This document shows, piece by piece, positions 10,594 to 20,795 of a DNA stretch of 64,000 nt. Under the pieces are notes generated by a model. That model worked only from the letters and a program-made list of their open reading frames with translations, was not told the DNA's origin and searched no databases. The stretch is from NCBI GenBank assembly GCA_965223295.1, contig CBDCWC010000002.1, positions 192,001 to 256,000 on the forward strand. Reading direction: 5' to 3'. Numbering within the stretch: position 1 is the first letter of the stretch; each line of letters starts with the position of its first letter. The DNA is from Nitrospirales bacterium (GTDB lineage: Bacteria; Nitrospirota; Nitrospiria; Nitrospirales; UBA8639). The position numbers and the translations under genes were made by a program.

Positions 10594-11855
10594 TTAGGGC
10601 AACAGGCACTTTTCCCCAAGTTGTTCTATCAGAGTGCAACTTTCATGCTGAGGATTGGTGTCTATGAACGATTGTTTAATGGTTTGGCAGGCAATGGTGA
10701 CTTCTGTGGAGGCCAATAGATTGTTTAAGTATCGAACAATGTTGAGGTCATGAAATGATCGTCGGGAAATCATATGTCCGACCCCTAATTGTTCGATGCG
10801 GGCCGCATTATCATATTGATCAAAGGCGTATGGTTGAATGATTTGAGGAATGCCTGCTCGTAGTGCCTGTGAACAAGTGCCAATACCTCCATGATGAACA
10901 AGCGCGGAACAATGTGGCAACAATTGACTGAGAGGAGCGTAGGACAAGTAGGTAATGTTTGGTGGCAGTCCTTGAGGGAGTTGTTCAGGGTAACGAGTCA
11001 GGAAAATTCCAGGTTGATTTATGTCTTGGCAAGCCCTAGCTGCTTCGGCAAAAAATGATGCTGCATGTTTATTAGCGGACCCTGGGGTGAAGACGATTGG
11101 TTGAGGATTGGCATCAATGCATTGTTGAATGGTCGTTGGAAGTTCAGAATCACTGACATCGTCATAGAGGGGAAAGCCAGTGAGAGCAGTGGCAAGAGGC
11201 CAATCAGGTTGAGCGGGCGCAAACCATGTGGGAAATAAGCCAAGGACTAAGTCAGGAGAATGTAACCATGTATGAAAAATGCGAGACACCGGTGGTAGCC
11301 CAGTTCTTGACGAAATCGACTAAGGTCAGGTTTTACGACAGGGTCGATCATAAGATGGTCGATCCATTTCCAGATAGTCTGCTTTACTCCAATAGGTAAC
11401 CAATTGGGAAGGGAGAACCCTGGGAGCTGCGGTGCCTGATAGGCAGAACGAAAGACTCCAGGTGACAAATGGACAGTGACGTTGGAGACCCGATGCGTTT
11501 CTTGTATTAGACGTGCAGCAAAACCCAGAGTGGAACTGATGAGGAGTGTTTCTCCTTGCTGAACATGTGCAGAAAGAAGGTTGTAGGTTGGCCGCAGTCC
11601 CTCTGACATCAATTGTTTCATCATGACTTGCCACCCTTTATGGGGATGCCACAAGTCTGGATGGCTGGCCAGTCTGTCATATTCTTCAGCAGTACTTATC
11701 TCGACAAACTTGAGTCCAGCTTGGCGAATGAGATTGGCAAAATGCCCGTTGGTGAAAAACGTGACCGCATGACCACGGGAGCACAGCTCGCGCCCTAGGC
11801 CTACAAGAGGCAAGACATCTCCGTAACTGCCTACAGCTACAATCAGAATGTACAT
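10594..11855 (-). pseudogene. GT1-family glycosyltransferase (RhlB/rhamnosyltransferase-like), frameshifted near 11297
   Basis: N-half GSYGDVLP and C-half VHHGGIGT/PYAFDQYDNA lie in different frames; one added base restores QELGLPPVSRIF. Confidence 0.85.
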
Positions 11856-11875
11856 ATAAAAGTCAGATGTTTTTG

Positions 11876-12250
11876 CTAAGGCGACATTTTTCCTGCGGCA
11901 AATGACAAATTATTTGTTTGCCATCGTTTGAGCCGGCAAAAGCTCCAGGGCATATAGAGTCCAAAGGTGATAATTGTCAGTAGCATGATCAGCAGCCAGT
12001 TCCCGAAGAATCCAATACCAGTGCCGTGAAATGCTAACTGATGTTGGTCGATAAAGGTATGCTCTGAAATCCATCGTTGTTGGGCAGAATAGGCCCAGGG
12101 GAAAAATAAGCCAAACGTGATAAGAGTTAAGACCCAGGTCCAGAAAAACAACCATAAGCAACTAAAACCTGTTCCGCGAAAATCAAATCTGTTTTGATCC
12201 AGAATGTACCTCGGTGAATAGGGTGTAAAAGATTCATTAAACTGTTTCAT
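11876..12250 (-). CDS. DUF898/YjgN-like small membrane protein
   Basis: Duplicated FxGTG...LTxITFGL(F/Y)xPW motif. Confidence 0.75.
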   Translation of the reverse strand: MKQFNESFTPYSPRYILDQNRFDFRGTGFSCLWLFFWTWVLTLITFGLFFPWAYSAQQRWISEHTFIDQHQLAFHGTGIGFFGNWLLIMLLTIITFGLYMPWSFCRLKRWQTNNLSFAAGKMSP

Positions 12251-12372
12251 CGAGAGGCATGGAGTTGACCTCTCTCATAACGTCATAATAGCCTATCAGA
12301 TGCTTGTAGTATTTGGGACGTTTAGGTTTGAGTCATATTCCCATCATTCATTCTGATAAAAAGGAGGAGAGT

Positions 12373-13026
12373 ATGAAACGCGTGGCGGTTATCCTTTCCG
12401 GCTGTGGGTTTTTAGACGGCGCTGAAATTACAGAGGCGATTAGTACGCTCATAGTTATTGGACAGCATGGGGCTGAATATAAAGTATTTGCCCCGAACAA
12501 AGATGTGGAAGAGACAAATCATCTGACGCAAAAGCCTACCGGGCAACGTCGCAATGCGCTGCAAGAAGCGGCTCGCATTGCCCGTGGTAACATTCAACCG
12601 CTAGAGGAGTTACAGGCTAAAAATTTTGACGCACTGGCTTTTCCTGGGGGATTCGGAGCGGCGCTTCATCTTTGTAATTTTGGAGAGAAAGGGAGCGAAG
12701 GAGAAATTGACTCACAAGTGGTCAGGATTGTGAAGGAATTTAGCGAGAGTCGAAAGCCCATTGCGGCGATCTGTATTGCGCCGGCCATCATGGCTTTGGC
12801 CTTCGGGGAAAAAGGAGTGAACGTGACGATTGGTGACGATGCGGGAACAGCGGCCGAAATCGAAAAAACCGGAGCCAAACATCAACAGTGTGCGGTGGAG
12901 AAATTTGTGGTGGATCAGAGCAATAAGGTCATCACGACACCAGCCTATATGTATGGATCAGCTCAACCTCATCAGATTTTCTCGGGCGTGAGCGGTGCGA
13001 TTGCCGAACTTATCAAGATGGCTTAA
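12373..13026 (+). CDS. elbB: Glyoxalase ElbB (DJ-1/PfpI family)
   Basis: ILSGCGFLDGAEITEA, EAARIARG, PGGFGAA, TTPAYM; AAGGAGG RBS. Confidence 0.92.
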   Translation: MKRVAVILSGCGFLDGAEITEAISTLIVIGQHGAEYKVFAPNKDVEETNHLTQKPTGQRRNALQEAARIARGNIQPLEELQAKNFDALAFPGGFGAALHLCNFGEKGSEGEIDSQVVRIVKEFSESRKPIAAICIAPAIMALAFGEKGVNVTIGDDAGTAAEIEKTGAKHQQCAVEKFVVDQSNKVITTPAYMYGSAQPHQIFSGVSGAIAELIKMA

Positions 13027-13413
13027 TGGTGAGGGCCGTGTCCAAATAAACGTCAGGACGCCCATGCCGATGCAGGTGAGGATACCCTTAATAAGAAATG
13101 ATACCTTGAGCCATACAAGAGAAACCGCAAACAGTCCAATGATCAGGACGGTGGCTGTGACTTTGGCATTCTGACTGATGCTTCCGTTTTGCTCCCAGTT
13201 TCTGATCATGAGACCCAGGCGGGGTTGATTGAGTAGCCAATGATGTAGCCGAGGCGAACTCTTGGAAAAACAATAGGCGGACAGTAGTACAAATGGTGTG
13301 GTGGGCAACAACGGAAGGAAAATCCCAATAATGCCTAAAATCAGGCTTATCCAACCCGAAATCATCACCACGAGATTGAGCGGAGGCGATTCGATAATCA
13401 TCAGGATTAACAA
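12958..13413 (-). CDS. ybaN: YbaN/DUF454 inner membrane protein
   Basis: LGIIGIFLPLLPTTPFVLLSAYCFSKSSPRLHHWL. Confidence 0.88.
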   Translation of the reverse strand: MLILMIIESPPLNLVVMISGWISLILGIIGIFLPLLPTTPFVLLSAYCFSKSSPRLHHWLLNQPRLGLMIRNWEQNGSISQNAKVTATVLIIGLFAVSLVWLKVSFLIKGILTCIGMGVLTFIWTRPSPLSHLDKFGNRTAHARENLMRLS

Positions 13414-13480
13414 TCTTTGTGGTTCAGTGAAAGACGTATTATGTATACATAGTATCGGCGAATTCTTCTTAAAGATTGAA

Positions 13481-13524
13481 TAAGGGGTCAGACTCGAATT
13501 AATTAATTCGAGTCTGACCCCTTA
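13481..13524. repeat. Palindromic repeat family C, copy 2 (perfect 44-bp palindrome)
   Basis: TAAGGGGTCAGACTCGAATTAATTAATTCGAGTCTGACCCCTTA equals its own reverse complement. Confidence 0.95.
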
Positions 13525-13545
13525 CATTCTCTCATATTTTTCATA

Positions 13546-14535
13546 TTACACCGTGACGACGATTTTGCCTTTTTGTTGGTTGGAGACCATATAGCGGTGG
13601 GCTTCTGCAATTTCGGCTAGGGGAAAGGTTCGGTCAATAATGGGTTTGAGAGATCCCGATTCCAAGCCTTGATAAATAAATGTCTTTCCGTGTTCCAATA
13701 TTTTCGGGATCTTCACTATTTCGAATAAGGTATATCCTCGTATGGTGAGGCCCTTAGCCAGTGCGGGGAATAGAGGAAAGGGGGTAGGATGTGGGGCTAG
13801 TGCTCCATATTCAAAGATGATTCCGCCAGGTGCTGCAACAGCCGCGAGGTGTTCTAAAAACGGTCCCGCGACAGGGTCGAACACCACCCGTACTCCTTTT
13901 CCCTTTGTATAGGACATTCCCTGTTCTACCAAGTCTTCATCATCAGTCACGATCACATGATTGGCTCCTGCTTCAAGGAGAAATGCTTTTTTGTCAGCGC
14001 CACGGGTCGTGGCGATGGCGACTCCTCCGACTGCTTTGACGATTTGAATCGCGGCTAACCCCACGCTGCTGCTGGCAGCCGTAATCAAAACTGCGTCGCC
14101 TTGTTGAATGTTTCCATAGTGGATCAGGGCACCGTAGGCCGTCATGTATTGCATCCAAATGGCTGCACCTTCAACTGGTGTTAACGTGTGGGGATAGTGA
14201 GCAGCAGCATAGGCCGGGACGATGGCGCTCTCTCCATAGACCCCGTACTGACCGATGGAAAAAGATGGGATCGTACTGACCCGATCACCGATCTGAAGAT
14301 CGGTGACCTCAGGCCCGACAGCGTCAATAATTCCAGCAGCTTCGTACCCTAACCGGGATGGAAGCTGAGGCGTCTCTAGATATTGTCCTTTCCGAAACAT
14401 GATTTCTGCACGGTTCAGTCCAAGAGCTTCCACTTTCATGCGGACTTCTCCTTTGCCGGGTTCGACCGGGGGAAGCTCTTCAATTTTCAGAACTTCGGGT
14501 CCACCTGTCTCATGAAAGCGTACAATTTTTGGCAT
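13546..14535 (-). CDS. NADPH:quinone oxidoreductase-like (MDR family)
   Basis: LGLNRAE, GYEAAG, TAASSSVGLAAIQ, GKIVVTV. Confidence 0.9.
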   Translation of the reverse strand: MPKIVRFHETGGPEVLKIEELPPVEPGKGEVRMKVEALGLNRAEIMFRKGQYLETPQLPSRLGYEAAGIIDAVGPEVTDLQIGDRVSTIPSFSIGQYGVYGESAIVPAYAAAHYPHTLTPVEGAAIWMQYMTAYGALIHYGNIQQGDAVLITAASSSVGLAAIQIVKAVGGVAIATTRGADKKAFLLEAGANHVIVTDDEDLVEQGMSYTKGKGVRVVFDPVAGPFLEHLAAVAAPGGIIFEYGALAPHPTPFPLFPALAKGLTIRGYTLFEIVKIPKILEHGKTFIYQGLESGSLKPIIDRTFPLAEIAEAHRYMVSNQQKGKIVVTV

Positions 14536-14562
14536 CAGTGCTCTCCCTATAAATCATGACAT

Positions 14563-14703
14563 GGGCACTTCTAAAAACTGTCCTTTTTCCCGATGGCGGC
14601 GTCAGCGTCATGCTCAAATCCTCATGTATTAGCCTATACACTCTGGTTTTCCGCGCGCCGCTTCCTTGCCCTAAGAAAAAATCATCAGTTTTTAGAGATG
14701 CCC
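14563..14703. mobile_element. MITE family B, copy 1
   Basis: TIRs GGGCACTTCTAAAAACTG / CAGTTTTTAGAGATGCCC; 4-bp TSD ACAT. Confidence 0.9.
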
Positions 14704-14708
14704 ACATG

Positions 14709-15311
14709 TTAGCGTTTGGCACGATCCGTCACGAACGTGACGATCTCCCCTACGTTGTCACCCGCATCCCAGACTTTTTGGAGAAATTCCACAGGATGAA
14801 TATTGACTGTCTTTAAAAATCGGCGGTCACCACCACAACTATACATCAGGTCTGGTGGGAGTTCTCCTCGAAGTTTGGCTCTGGCTTTTTCAATGATACG
14901 AGGAAACCATTGGAGCTTGGCGAGGGTCGCACTTCTTGATGGAAACTCATGTTCGCTTCGTTTGTTGTCTGAAAATTGTCCCTGTTGCTCGCTGTAAAAA
15001 TAGTCCCGGCGAATCTTCGTAATAGCCAGAGCCGTTTCCGGGTCAGGGACTCCATCCTCAACCCAGTCTTCCACAAAATCAAAAATCTCTTGAGAGGTGG
15101 CTCCAAGCGTACGGAGAAAACTTTCTTCTTCCATCGCAAACATGGCCTTGGGATTCCGCATGCCGTTTCTATAGTCGATGACTTTATTTGCAAACAGTGA
15201 TCGAAAGTGGTTACTCCAGTCATGAGATGCATCATTCATGGGAATAGAGTCGTTTTCTTTCAAGGTTCCATTTTGGCCGTCAGAAGCTGTTGATTGTACG
15301 AATGTTGCCAT
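14709..15311 (-). CDS. DUF5069-like protein
   Basis: WFPRIIEKARAKLRGELPPDLMYSCGGDRRFL; ATG at 15311 with AGGAG RBS. Confidence 0.7.
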   Translation of the reverse strand: MATFVQSTASDGQNGTLKENDSIPMNDASHDWSNHFRSLFANKVIDYRNGMRNPKAMFAMEEESFLRTLGATSQEIFDFVEDWVEDGVPDPETALAITKIRRDYFYSEQQGQFSDNKRSEHEFPSRSATLAKLQWFPRIIEKARAKLRGELPPDLMYSCGGDRRFLKTVNIHPVEFLQKVWDAGDNVGEIVTFVTDRAKR

Positions 15312-15334
15312 GTCTTTGTCTCCTTTTAGATCAT

Positions 15335-15525
15335 GGGGCTGTTGAATAATGATGATATCAATGGCCACATTTCATGTCTGAGGGGTAACATGTCAGAGAC
15401 CTCGGGTTTGTTCAAAAAAGTCCGTTCAGCAAGGCCGCAGCTATTTTTGGGTGCGGAGCATACTGGAAGTATGTGAGCACGGAAAAATAGCGAGAACGCC
15501 GCTGACGGATTTTTTCAAAAGACCC
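15335..15525 (+). mobile_element. MITE family A copy
   Basis: GGGGCTGTTGAATAAT...TTTTCAAAAGACCC; perfect 5-bp TSD ATCAT. Confidence 0.9.
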
Positions 15526-15546
15526 ATCATGTGTTCTTACAGATTG

Positions 15547-15915
15547 TCAGGGGTTGTGATAAAACCGTTCGTGAATAATCTTGCCATCCTGCCATTTGGC
15601 AACCACAACTTGTTCTACATGAACGGGGGTGTTATCTGTGGCGACCCAATCCATCACAGTTTCGTAGAATGTGACGTCTTGGCCGCTACCCTGGGAGATG
15701 ACCTGGAATCCTTTCCATTCTTTGATCATGGAGAGAAACTGTTTCTCACGCTCAATATTGGCGTCCCGTCCCGCGGTCGGTGGCTCCAAATTTTCCTGCA
15801 TGACCACATCTTCAGCATAAAACTCGTTCATGGCGTCGATGATGAGTCCTTCTCGAATGTAAGCAAGCAAGTTAGTTAACCGATCGTTCAGATTGACAGA
15901 TGTTGAAACACTCAT
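15547..15915 (-). CDS. SnoaL/NTF2-like protein
   Basis: FYAEDVVMQEN, KWQDGKIIHERFY. Confidence 0.85.
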   Translation of the reverse strand: MSVSTSVNLNDRLTNLLAYIREGLIIDAMNEFYAEDVVMQENLEPPTAGRDANIEREKQFLSMIKEWKGFQVISQGSGQDVTFYETVMDWVATDNTPVHVEQVVVAKWQDGKIIHERFYHNP

Positions 15916-15961
15916 GATAGCTCCTCCTTTGTTCGTTCAAGCATGAATAGTGTGGGTGTTC

Positions 15962-16495
15962 TCAGCTTGTAGCAATGGGCTGTTTGGCAAATTGAACATC
16001 CACTGGGGTTTGTGCAAGATGGTTAATGTAATTGGTGATAGTTTTGAGCCCGATATACGCAATGGTTTCATACAACTTTGGTTTGGTAATTCCCTTTGCT
16101 TCAAGGTGTTGCACCTCATTGGCTGACAACCACCCACGTTTGGTCATCAAGAGTCTGGTTGCTTCGACTACAGCTGTTAACGCTGAATTGCTTGGTGTCT
16201 TTCCTCCCCGGATCGCGGCGATATCTTCAGCAGAGATTCCTGTCATGCTGCTTATAGAACTGTGGGCAGCCTGACAATAGTGGCATTCATTAACTGAGGA
16301 CACCGTTAGTTGAACCGCCTGCTGTTCTGTGGGCGTCAAGGCCCCCTTGGCCAGTGCATCTTGCCCTTGCAGGTAAGTTTGTGCTGTAGGGATGCTGGCG
16401 CTCATTTCTTGAATAAGATTTGGCACGAACCCATACTTTTTTTTGACAATGTTGAAGAGTGCTTGAGCATCTGAGTCTGAGGATGTTGTGTTCAT
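15962..16495 (-). CDS. Carboxymuconolactone decarboxylase/AhpD-like peroxidase-related protein
   Basis: GFVPNL, VSSVNECHYCQAAH, TNYINH. Confidence 0.88.
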   Translation of the reverse strand: MNTTSSDSDAQALFNIVKKKYGFVPNLIQEMSASIPTAQTYLQGQDALAKGALTPTEQQAVQLTVSSVNECHYCQAAHSSISSMTGISAEDIAAIRGGKTPSNSALTAVVEATRLLMTKRGWLSANEVQHLEAKGITKPKLYETIAYIGLKTITNYINHLAQTPVDVQFAKQPIATS

Positions 16496-16588
16496 GTTAT
16501 GCCTCCTTTGGTTGAAAAAATAGTTGTTTGATTTTTGAGCACAGATCCCGGTTCCTAATTCCCTCATGTGAGATGGATAGAGCAATAA

Positions 16589-16608
16589 TTTGGAATGATC
16601 GTTCCAAA
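16589..16608. promoter_or_regulatory. Putative TetR operator
   Basis: Near-perfect palindrome TTTGGAATGATCGTTCCAAA; related site upstream of tetR. Confidence 0.7.
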
Positions 16609-16622
16609 AATAGTCAAAAAAA

Positions 16623-17204
16623 TTAGTCTAAGGTGGACAGGGTGGTTTTCATAATGTCTTGAAGCGTGTGCTTATCAGCGCCAGCTTTGGCCATGACTGC
16701 TGCTCCCTGTAAGAAACATGTGAATGTTCTGGCCATAGCTCGGATATCTTTGGCTTTGCCTAGCTCACCCTGTGCCTGTGCACGCTGCAATGTCACCCTG
16801 AATCGGTGTTCAACCCATTTCAAAGCTTTTGCGACCCGTCGGTTGGCTTCATCGTCATGGGGACTCAGTTCCATGACAGAATTTGTGACCAGGCATCCTT
16901 TTTTGGCAGCCTCTGTCCCTGCCAGTTTTACAATTTGTCCAAAAAAAGTTTTAATTGCCTCGCAAGCCGACCCTGGCTGATCTAATACTTTTAATCGATC
17001 ATGCATGATCTGGCTGCAATATCGCTCTAAGGCCGCCGAATACAGTTGGTGTTTGTCGCCAAATGTTTCATACAAGCTTCCTCGATTGATACCCATATGC
17101 TTCACAAGATCTTCAATCGAAGTGGCTTCATAGCCTTGCTGCCAAAACACATCCATTGCTTTTTCTAATGTTTCTTCGGGTATAAATTCTTTGGGCCGTG
17201 CCAT
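16623..17204 (-). CDS. TetR/AcrR family regulator (NemR/ComR-like)
   Basis: MARPKEF...FWQQGYEATSIEDLV...GSLYETFGDK, GCLVTNS. Confidence 0.92.
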   Translation of the reverse strand: MARPKEFIPEETLEKAMDVFWQQGYEATSIEDLVKHMGINRGSLYETFGDKHQLYSAALERYCSQIMHDRLKVLDQPGSACEAIKTFFGQIVKLAGTEAAKKGCLVTNSVMELSPHDDEANRRVAKALKWVEHRFRVTLQRAQAQGELGKAKDIRAMARTFTCFLQGAAVMAKAGADKHTLQDIMKTTLSTLD

Positions 17205-17241
17205 GCAGTTTCTCCGTATCACTAGATGACATATCACATTC

Positions 17242-17257
17242 TGGAATGATCAGTCAA
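17242..17257. promoter_or_regulatory. Putative TetR autoregulatory operator
   Basis: TGGAATGATCAGTCAA, similar to the 16589 site; overlaps a minus-strand TTGACT hexamer. Confidence 0.6.
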
Positions 17258-17608
17258 TAATTTAATTGTGATCGATAACAGTTCTGAACCAGAATAGTGA
17301 GATCAGACAATATATCTTGCTTCTACGAAAAAACCGGAAGAAAATTACCTGTTATTTGAAGTATATTTGTTGCCGGAAATGACATGGCGAATGGCGCTAA
17401 TGTCGTAACCGATCCTATGCTGTTATTGACAGTTTGGCTCTTTCAGAAAGCAGGTGATTTCTCAACTTCTTTATAGGCTCTGACGTATTTATGTTGGAGA
17501 AAATAGGGTGAAGACTTATTGACACTTAACACTTTTTACGTGCTAGCATGATGAGAATAAACTCTGAGTGACACTTCACTTATTGAACATGTTGAATGGA
17601 GGACTTTG

Positions 17609-17965
17609 ATGGGTGTTTTTCAAAAAAAATCTGCGAAACTCGTGGCGATTGTTGTGATGATAGTTTTGCTCGGCGCGTGTTCATTTTCTACTCGAATAAA
17701 TACGGAACCTGAAGGTGCGGATGTCTACATCAACAATATTTATGTTGGGAAAACCCCTACTCTCTACAAGTACAGATCTGGCTTTCCTGAAACCACATAC
17801 TTGGAAGTGAAAAAACCTGGGTATACAGAAATTCGCAATGGGACGATCGAAAAAACTTATCGAGCTGACATTCAACTCTTATGGTTAATCCCCGGTATCA
17901 TTCCCTATTTCGTTGGGACTGCCCGCTATGAAGATGACTATGTGTTTCATTTGAAAAAGCGCTAA
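17609..17965 (+). CDS. PEGA-domain lipoprotein
   Basis: Lipobox LGAC; INTEPEGADVYIN..VGKTP. Confidence 0.8.
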   Translation: MGVFQKKSAKLVAIVVMIVLLGACSFSTRINTEPEGADVYINNIYVGKTPTLYKYRSGFPETTYLEVKKPGYTEIRNGTIEKTYRADIQLLWLIPGIIPYFVGTARYEDDYVFHLKKR

Positions 17966-18328
17966 AGCTTGAAGCGTTTTTTTCGCTGATGAATATATTG
18001 ACCATTATATGAAAGAATGAATAATAACCTTTTGTCCAAAAATTTTTAGTAGTAATTATCAGTTTCAGTATGTTTTTGCCAGTCTACTTGTCTATGTTGC
18101 TAGCTGTGTCTTCTCTAAGCTCAAGTTCTGATCATCTCTCAACTTTTGCCAGAGTTCGCAACCCCTTTTCTCATAAAAACCTCTTCCCAACTTCCCACGT
18201 AGTTGTTTCTATCCGTTCAAAAGATGGTTTCTAGTTTTGTGTTGTCTGCAATTCGGTAAGAAGATTGACAGAGCCATATATATGGAGCTGTAGTAGTATT
18301 TTAGAAGGATATCGAGGGAGCTTTAATC

Positions 18329-18583
18329 ATGGCCGCTGACGAAATTGGTGAAGCGTTTCTTCGTGTAGTTTTTCGATATGTCGTGTATTTTTTTGTAGAA
18401 ATACTATGGGAGCTAATCTGTTATTACATAGGCTTTCCGGTTGTACGGTTGGTTACTCTTGGAAAATATCCACAGGATCAGCCCACCATGGCTCAAGAAA
18501 TTATTGCCTCCACAGTTGGTTTCCTTCTTTTACTGTTTGGAATGATGTGGCTAATTGGCTTTTTGGCATTAAGGAACGCTTGA
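18329..18583 (+). CDS. Small hypothetical membrane protein
   Basis: Hydrophobic 84-aa ORF with RLVTLGKYP motif and a GAGGGAG RBS. Confidence 0.6.
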   Translation: MAADEIGEAFLRVVFRYVVYFFVEILWELICYYIGFPVVRLVTLGKYPQDQPTMAQEIIASTVGFLLLLFGMMWLIGFLALRNA

Positions 18584-18915
18584 GGCGACTACCGGTGTAA
18601 GTCAGTGCCTCAACAAAAGTGGATTATGAAGGAAGTGTGAACTCAGAAGACGAATGCAAAAAAAATTCAATATCCAGTACAACCCATCCTCTGCTTCTAA
18701 GTATTGCACTGACTATCTATCTGAGAAAAAAGTTATCTAGGTTATCCTCACTAGTTCTCTTTCTGTGTCCTCTTGTTGAGATCTCTCCAAAGCTACCCTA
18801 AGTTTTAGAATCAACCACATATCCTGCCCTCCTTGAATGAAAAGGCAATTTTCACAATTTTTCCCTTAAATTTAAGATCCCGGTACATTTCCCAGCTTGA
18901 GAAATGACAAGGGTA

Positions 18916-19599
18916 CTAAGAAAGGGAGAGTAAATGATGGCCCGTCAATCCTAGGTAGGCCTCTTCGATCGTGGTGACGGGAGACACGTGCATAAGAAAT
19001 GGAGTGCGCCAATCATCTTCACGTGGATCATACTCACCTGGAATCAACACACGTTGGAAATGTTGATTATACGCTGCCAATATCTTCAGTTGGAGTCCCC
19101 CCACTGCCCCTATGGATCCCTGGTCGGTGATCGTTCCGGTCAACGCTCGACCCTCTAATAACGGGTCTCCCTTGGCCATAGCCACGACGCTCAGGGCCAC
19201 CATAGCCGATAAACTTTCTCCATATATGGTCAGACCGGCATAAGGGAGTTGTAACTGGACGGTCCACGAATCTGAAGGGAGATTGGCCAATTGAAAAGTT
19301 CGTTTGATAGCTTGTTGGATAGTTTTTTGGGCAAACAAGGAGAATTGTCCCGGTTGGAGATGAAATTGAATTTGCAGACCGTTGCGATCTTGGCGTTCCC
19401 ATAAATCAATTAAAATCTGGCATACTAACCCCACGGGGTGATATTGCTCACTAACAGACGTGCCTAGGATTGGGACACTGAGATGAGAAATCCTATTCGT
19501 GGTCGAACCCGCAGCGACTCCATTCACACATACCAGCATGAGGAGTAAAACGTACCCTACCATTGTCAGTCGCTGGCCCCAGTCAATTGGATTCTTCAT
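18916..19599 (-). CDS. Stand-alone Lon protease (S16) proteolytic domain with signal peptide
   Basis: YGESLSAM, ALTGTI..GSIGAVGGLQLKILAA. Confidence 0.8.
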   Translation of the reverse strand: MKNPIDWGQRLTMVGYVLLLMLVCVNGVAAGSTTNRISHLSVPILGTSVSEQYHPVGLVCQILIDLWERQDRNGLQIQFHLQPGQFSLFAQKTIQQAIKRTFQLANLPSDSWTVQLQLPYAGLTIYGESLSAMVALSVVAMAKGDPLLEGRALTGTITDQGSIGAVGGLQLKILAAYNQHFQRVLIPGEYDPREDDWRTPFLMHVSPVTTIEEAYLGLTGHHLLSLS

Positions 19600-19940
19600 C
19601 CGAAAACCTTCCTTGGCTTGTTAGGGGATTTTTCTTCATTAGTTTTTGTTGCATAAATTGTTCCTTCTACTTTTCTTAGCTCTTATTCTTCCTCATCCAC
19701 ACAAAAGACAGAAAAAATACGATTTTTCAACAGTTTTCTCGATGCCCCCTGCCTACCGCATTCCATCTTATTTTTAGAAAGTTGAAATTTCTTCAGTTCA
19801 CTTTCCTTTCTCTGGTTGTCAGATTTGACAACCAGGGGTGCAGTGGCCAACTTGAAATATATTTCGTTCGGGATGAAAGATGGCGGCGATTGAATCCGGA
19901 AAAGTCGATTTGCGAGTCAACCCTTCAGCGGATCTATTAG

Positions 19941-20208
19941 CTGAGTGTTGAATAATGAAGATATCAAAAGCCATACTTCGCCATGGAGCTCTTGGCGTTC
20001 AACGACGTTGGGGTCTGTTCAAAAAAGCTCGCTCGCCTGCGCGAAGCTGCTTCGGCGAAGCCAGGTCCAGCAAGGCCACAGCCATTTTTGGCCGCGGAGC
20101 GTACTGGTCCTACGTGAGCATGGGAAAATGGGGAGCACGCCGCTCCCGGCCTTCGTAGCCTATCGAGTTACTTCGGTGGAGTAGTCGGCGACTTTTTTCA
20201 ACAGGCCC
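19941..20208 (+). mobile_element. MITE family A copy with two nested REP-like hairpin insertions
   Basis: Family A ends and core plus inserts CTCGCCTGCGCGAAGCTGCTTCGGCGAAGCCAG and CCCGGCCTTCGTAGCCTATCGAGTTACTTCGGTGGAGTAGTC. Confidence 0.88.
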
Positions 20209-20536
20209 ACCAGGGCCCTTGCTGTCATTTTAGTCTGGAACTCGGACTCTCAAAAATCACGTGAAGAGATATTTCGTGTCCGTGCTCCAGTCATCGCACT
20301 GAAACGATTGAAAAAGATGATGAGGACGATGGCACTCGAAGACCAGGCGGTAGGTAGAGAAATTTTCGAGAGGCTTCTTGAAAAACGAACCAATCAAATT
20401 CTCCATAATCTTCGCGAAAAAAATATAGCGCTAAGATCCTGTTACTTGGAGATGTCTACGAGTTTCAAGTCGATTGTATTATGATTTTTCTTGCTATAGT
20501 GTCACGTGTATTACAATATAATACTTGGAGGAAATC

Positions 20537-20795
20537 ATAGTAGTTCTTAGGCTGAGGTTAGATGATCAATGAGAGAAGAAACTTAAGGGCACCTCTAAAA
20601 ACTGTCCTTTTTCCCGATGGCGGCGTCAGCGGCGTGCTCAAATCCTCATGTATTGGCCCATACACTGCGGTTTTCCGCCCGCCGCTTCCTTGCCCTCAGA
20701 AAAACCTTCAGTTTTTAGAGGTGCCCTTAAGCGACTTTCTAGGAAAACGGAACGTCCCAAGAACTTATTTTTTGAAGAAAGCGCTAGGTGTTTAA
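20537..20795 (+). pseudogene. Ribbon-helix-helix antitoxin remnant interrupted by MITE-B
   Basis: Removing the MITE gives IVVLRLRLDDQ*EKKLKRLSRKTERPK/TYFLKKAL after a GGAGG RBS; has a stop and a frameshift. Confidence 0.6.
20587..20726. mobile_element. MITE family B, copy 2
   Basis: Perfect 18-bp TIR GGGCACCTCTAAAAACTG; TSD TTAA. Confidence 0.92.
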
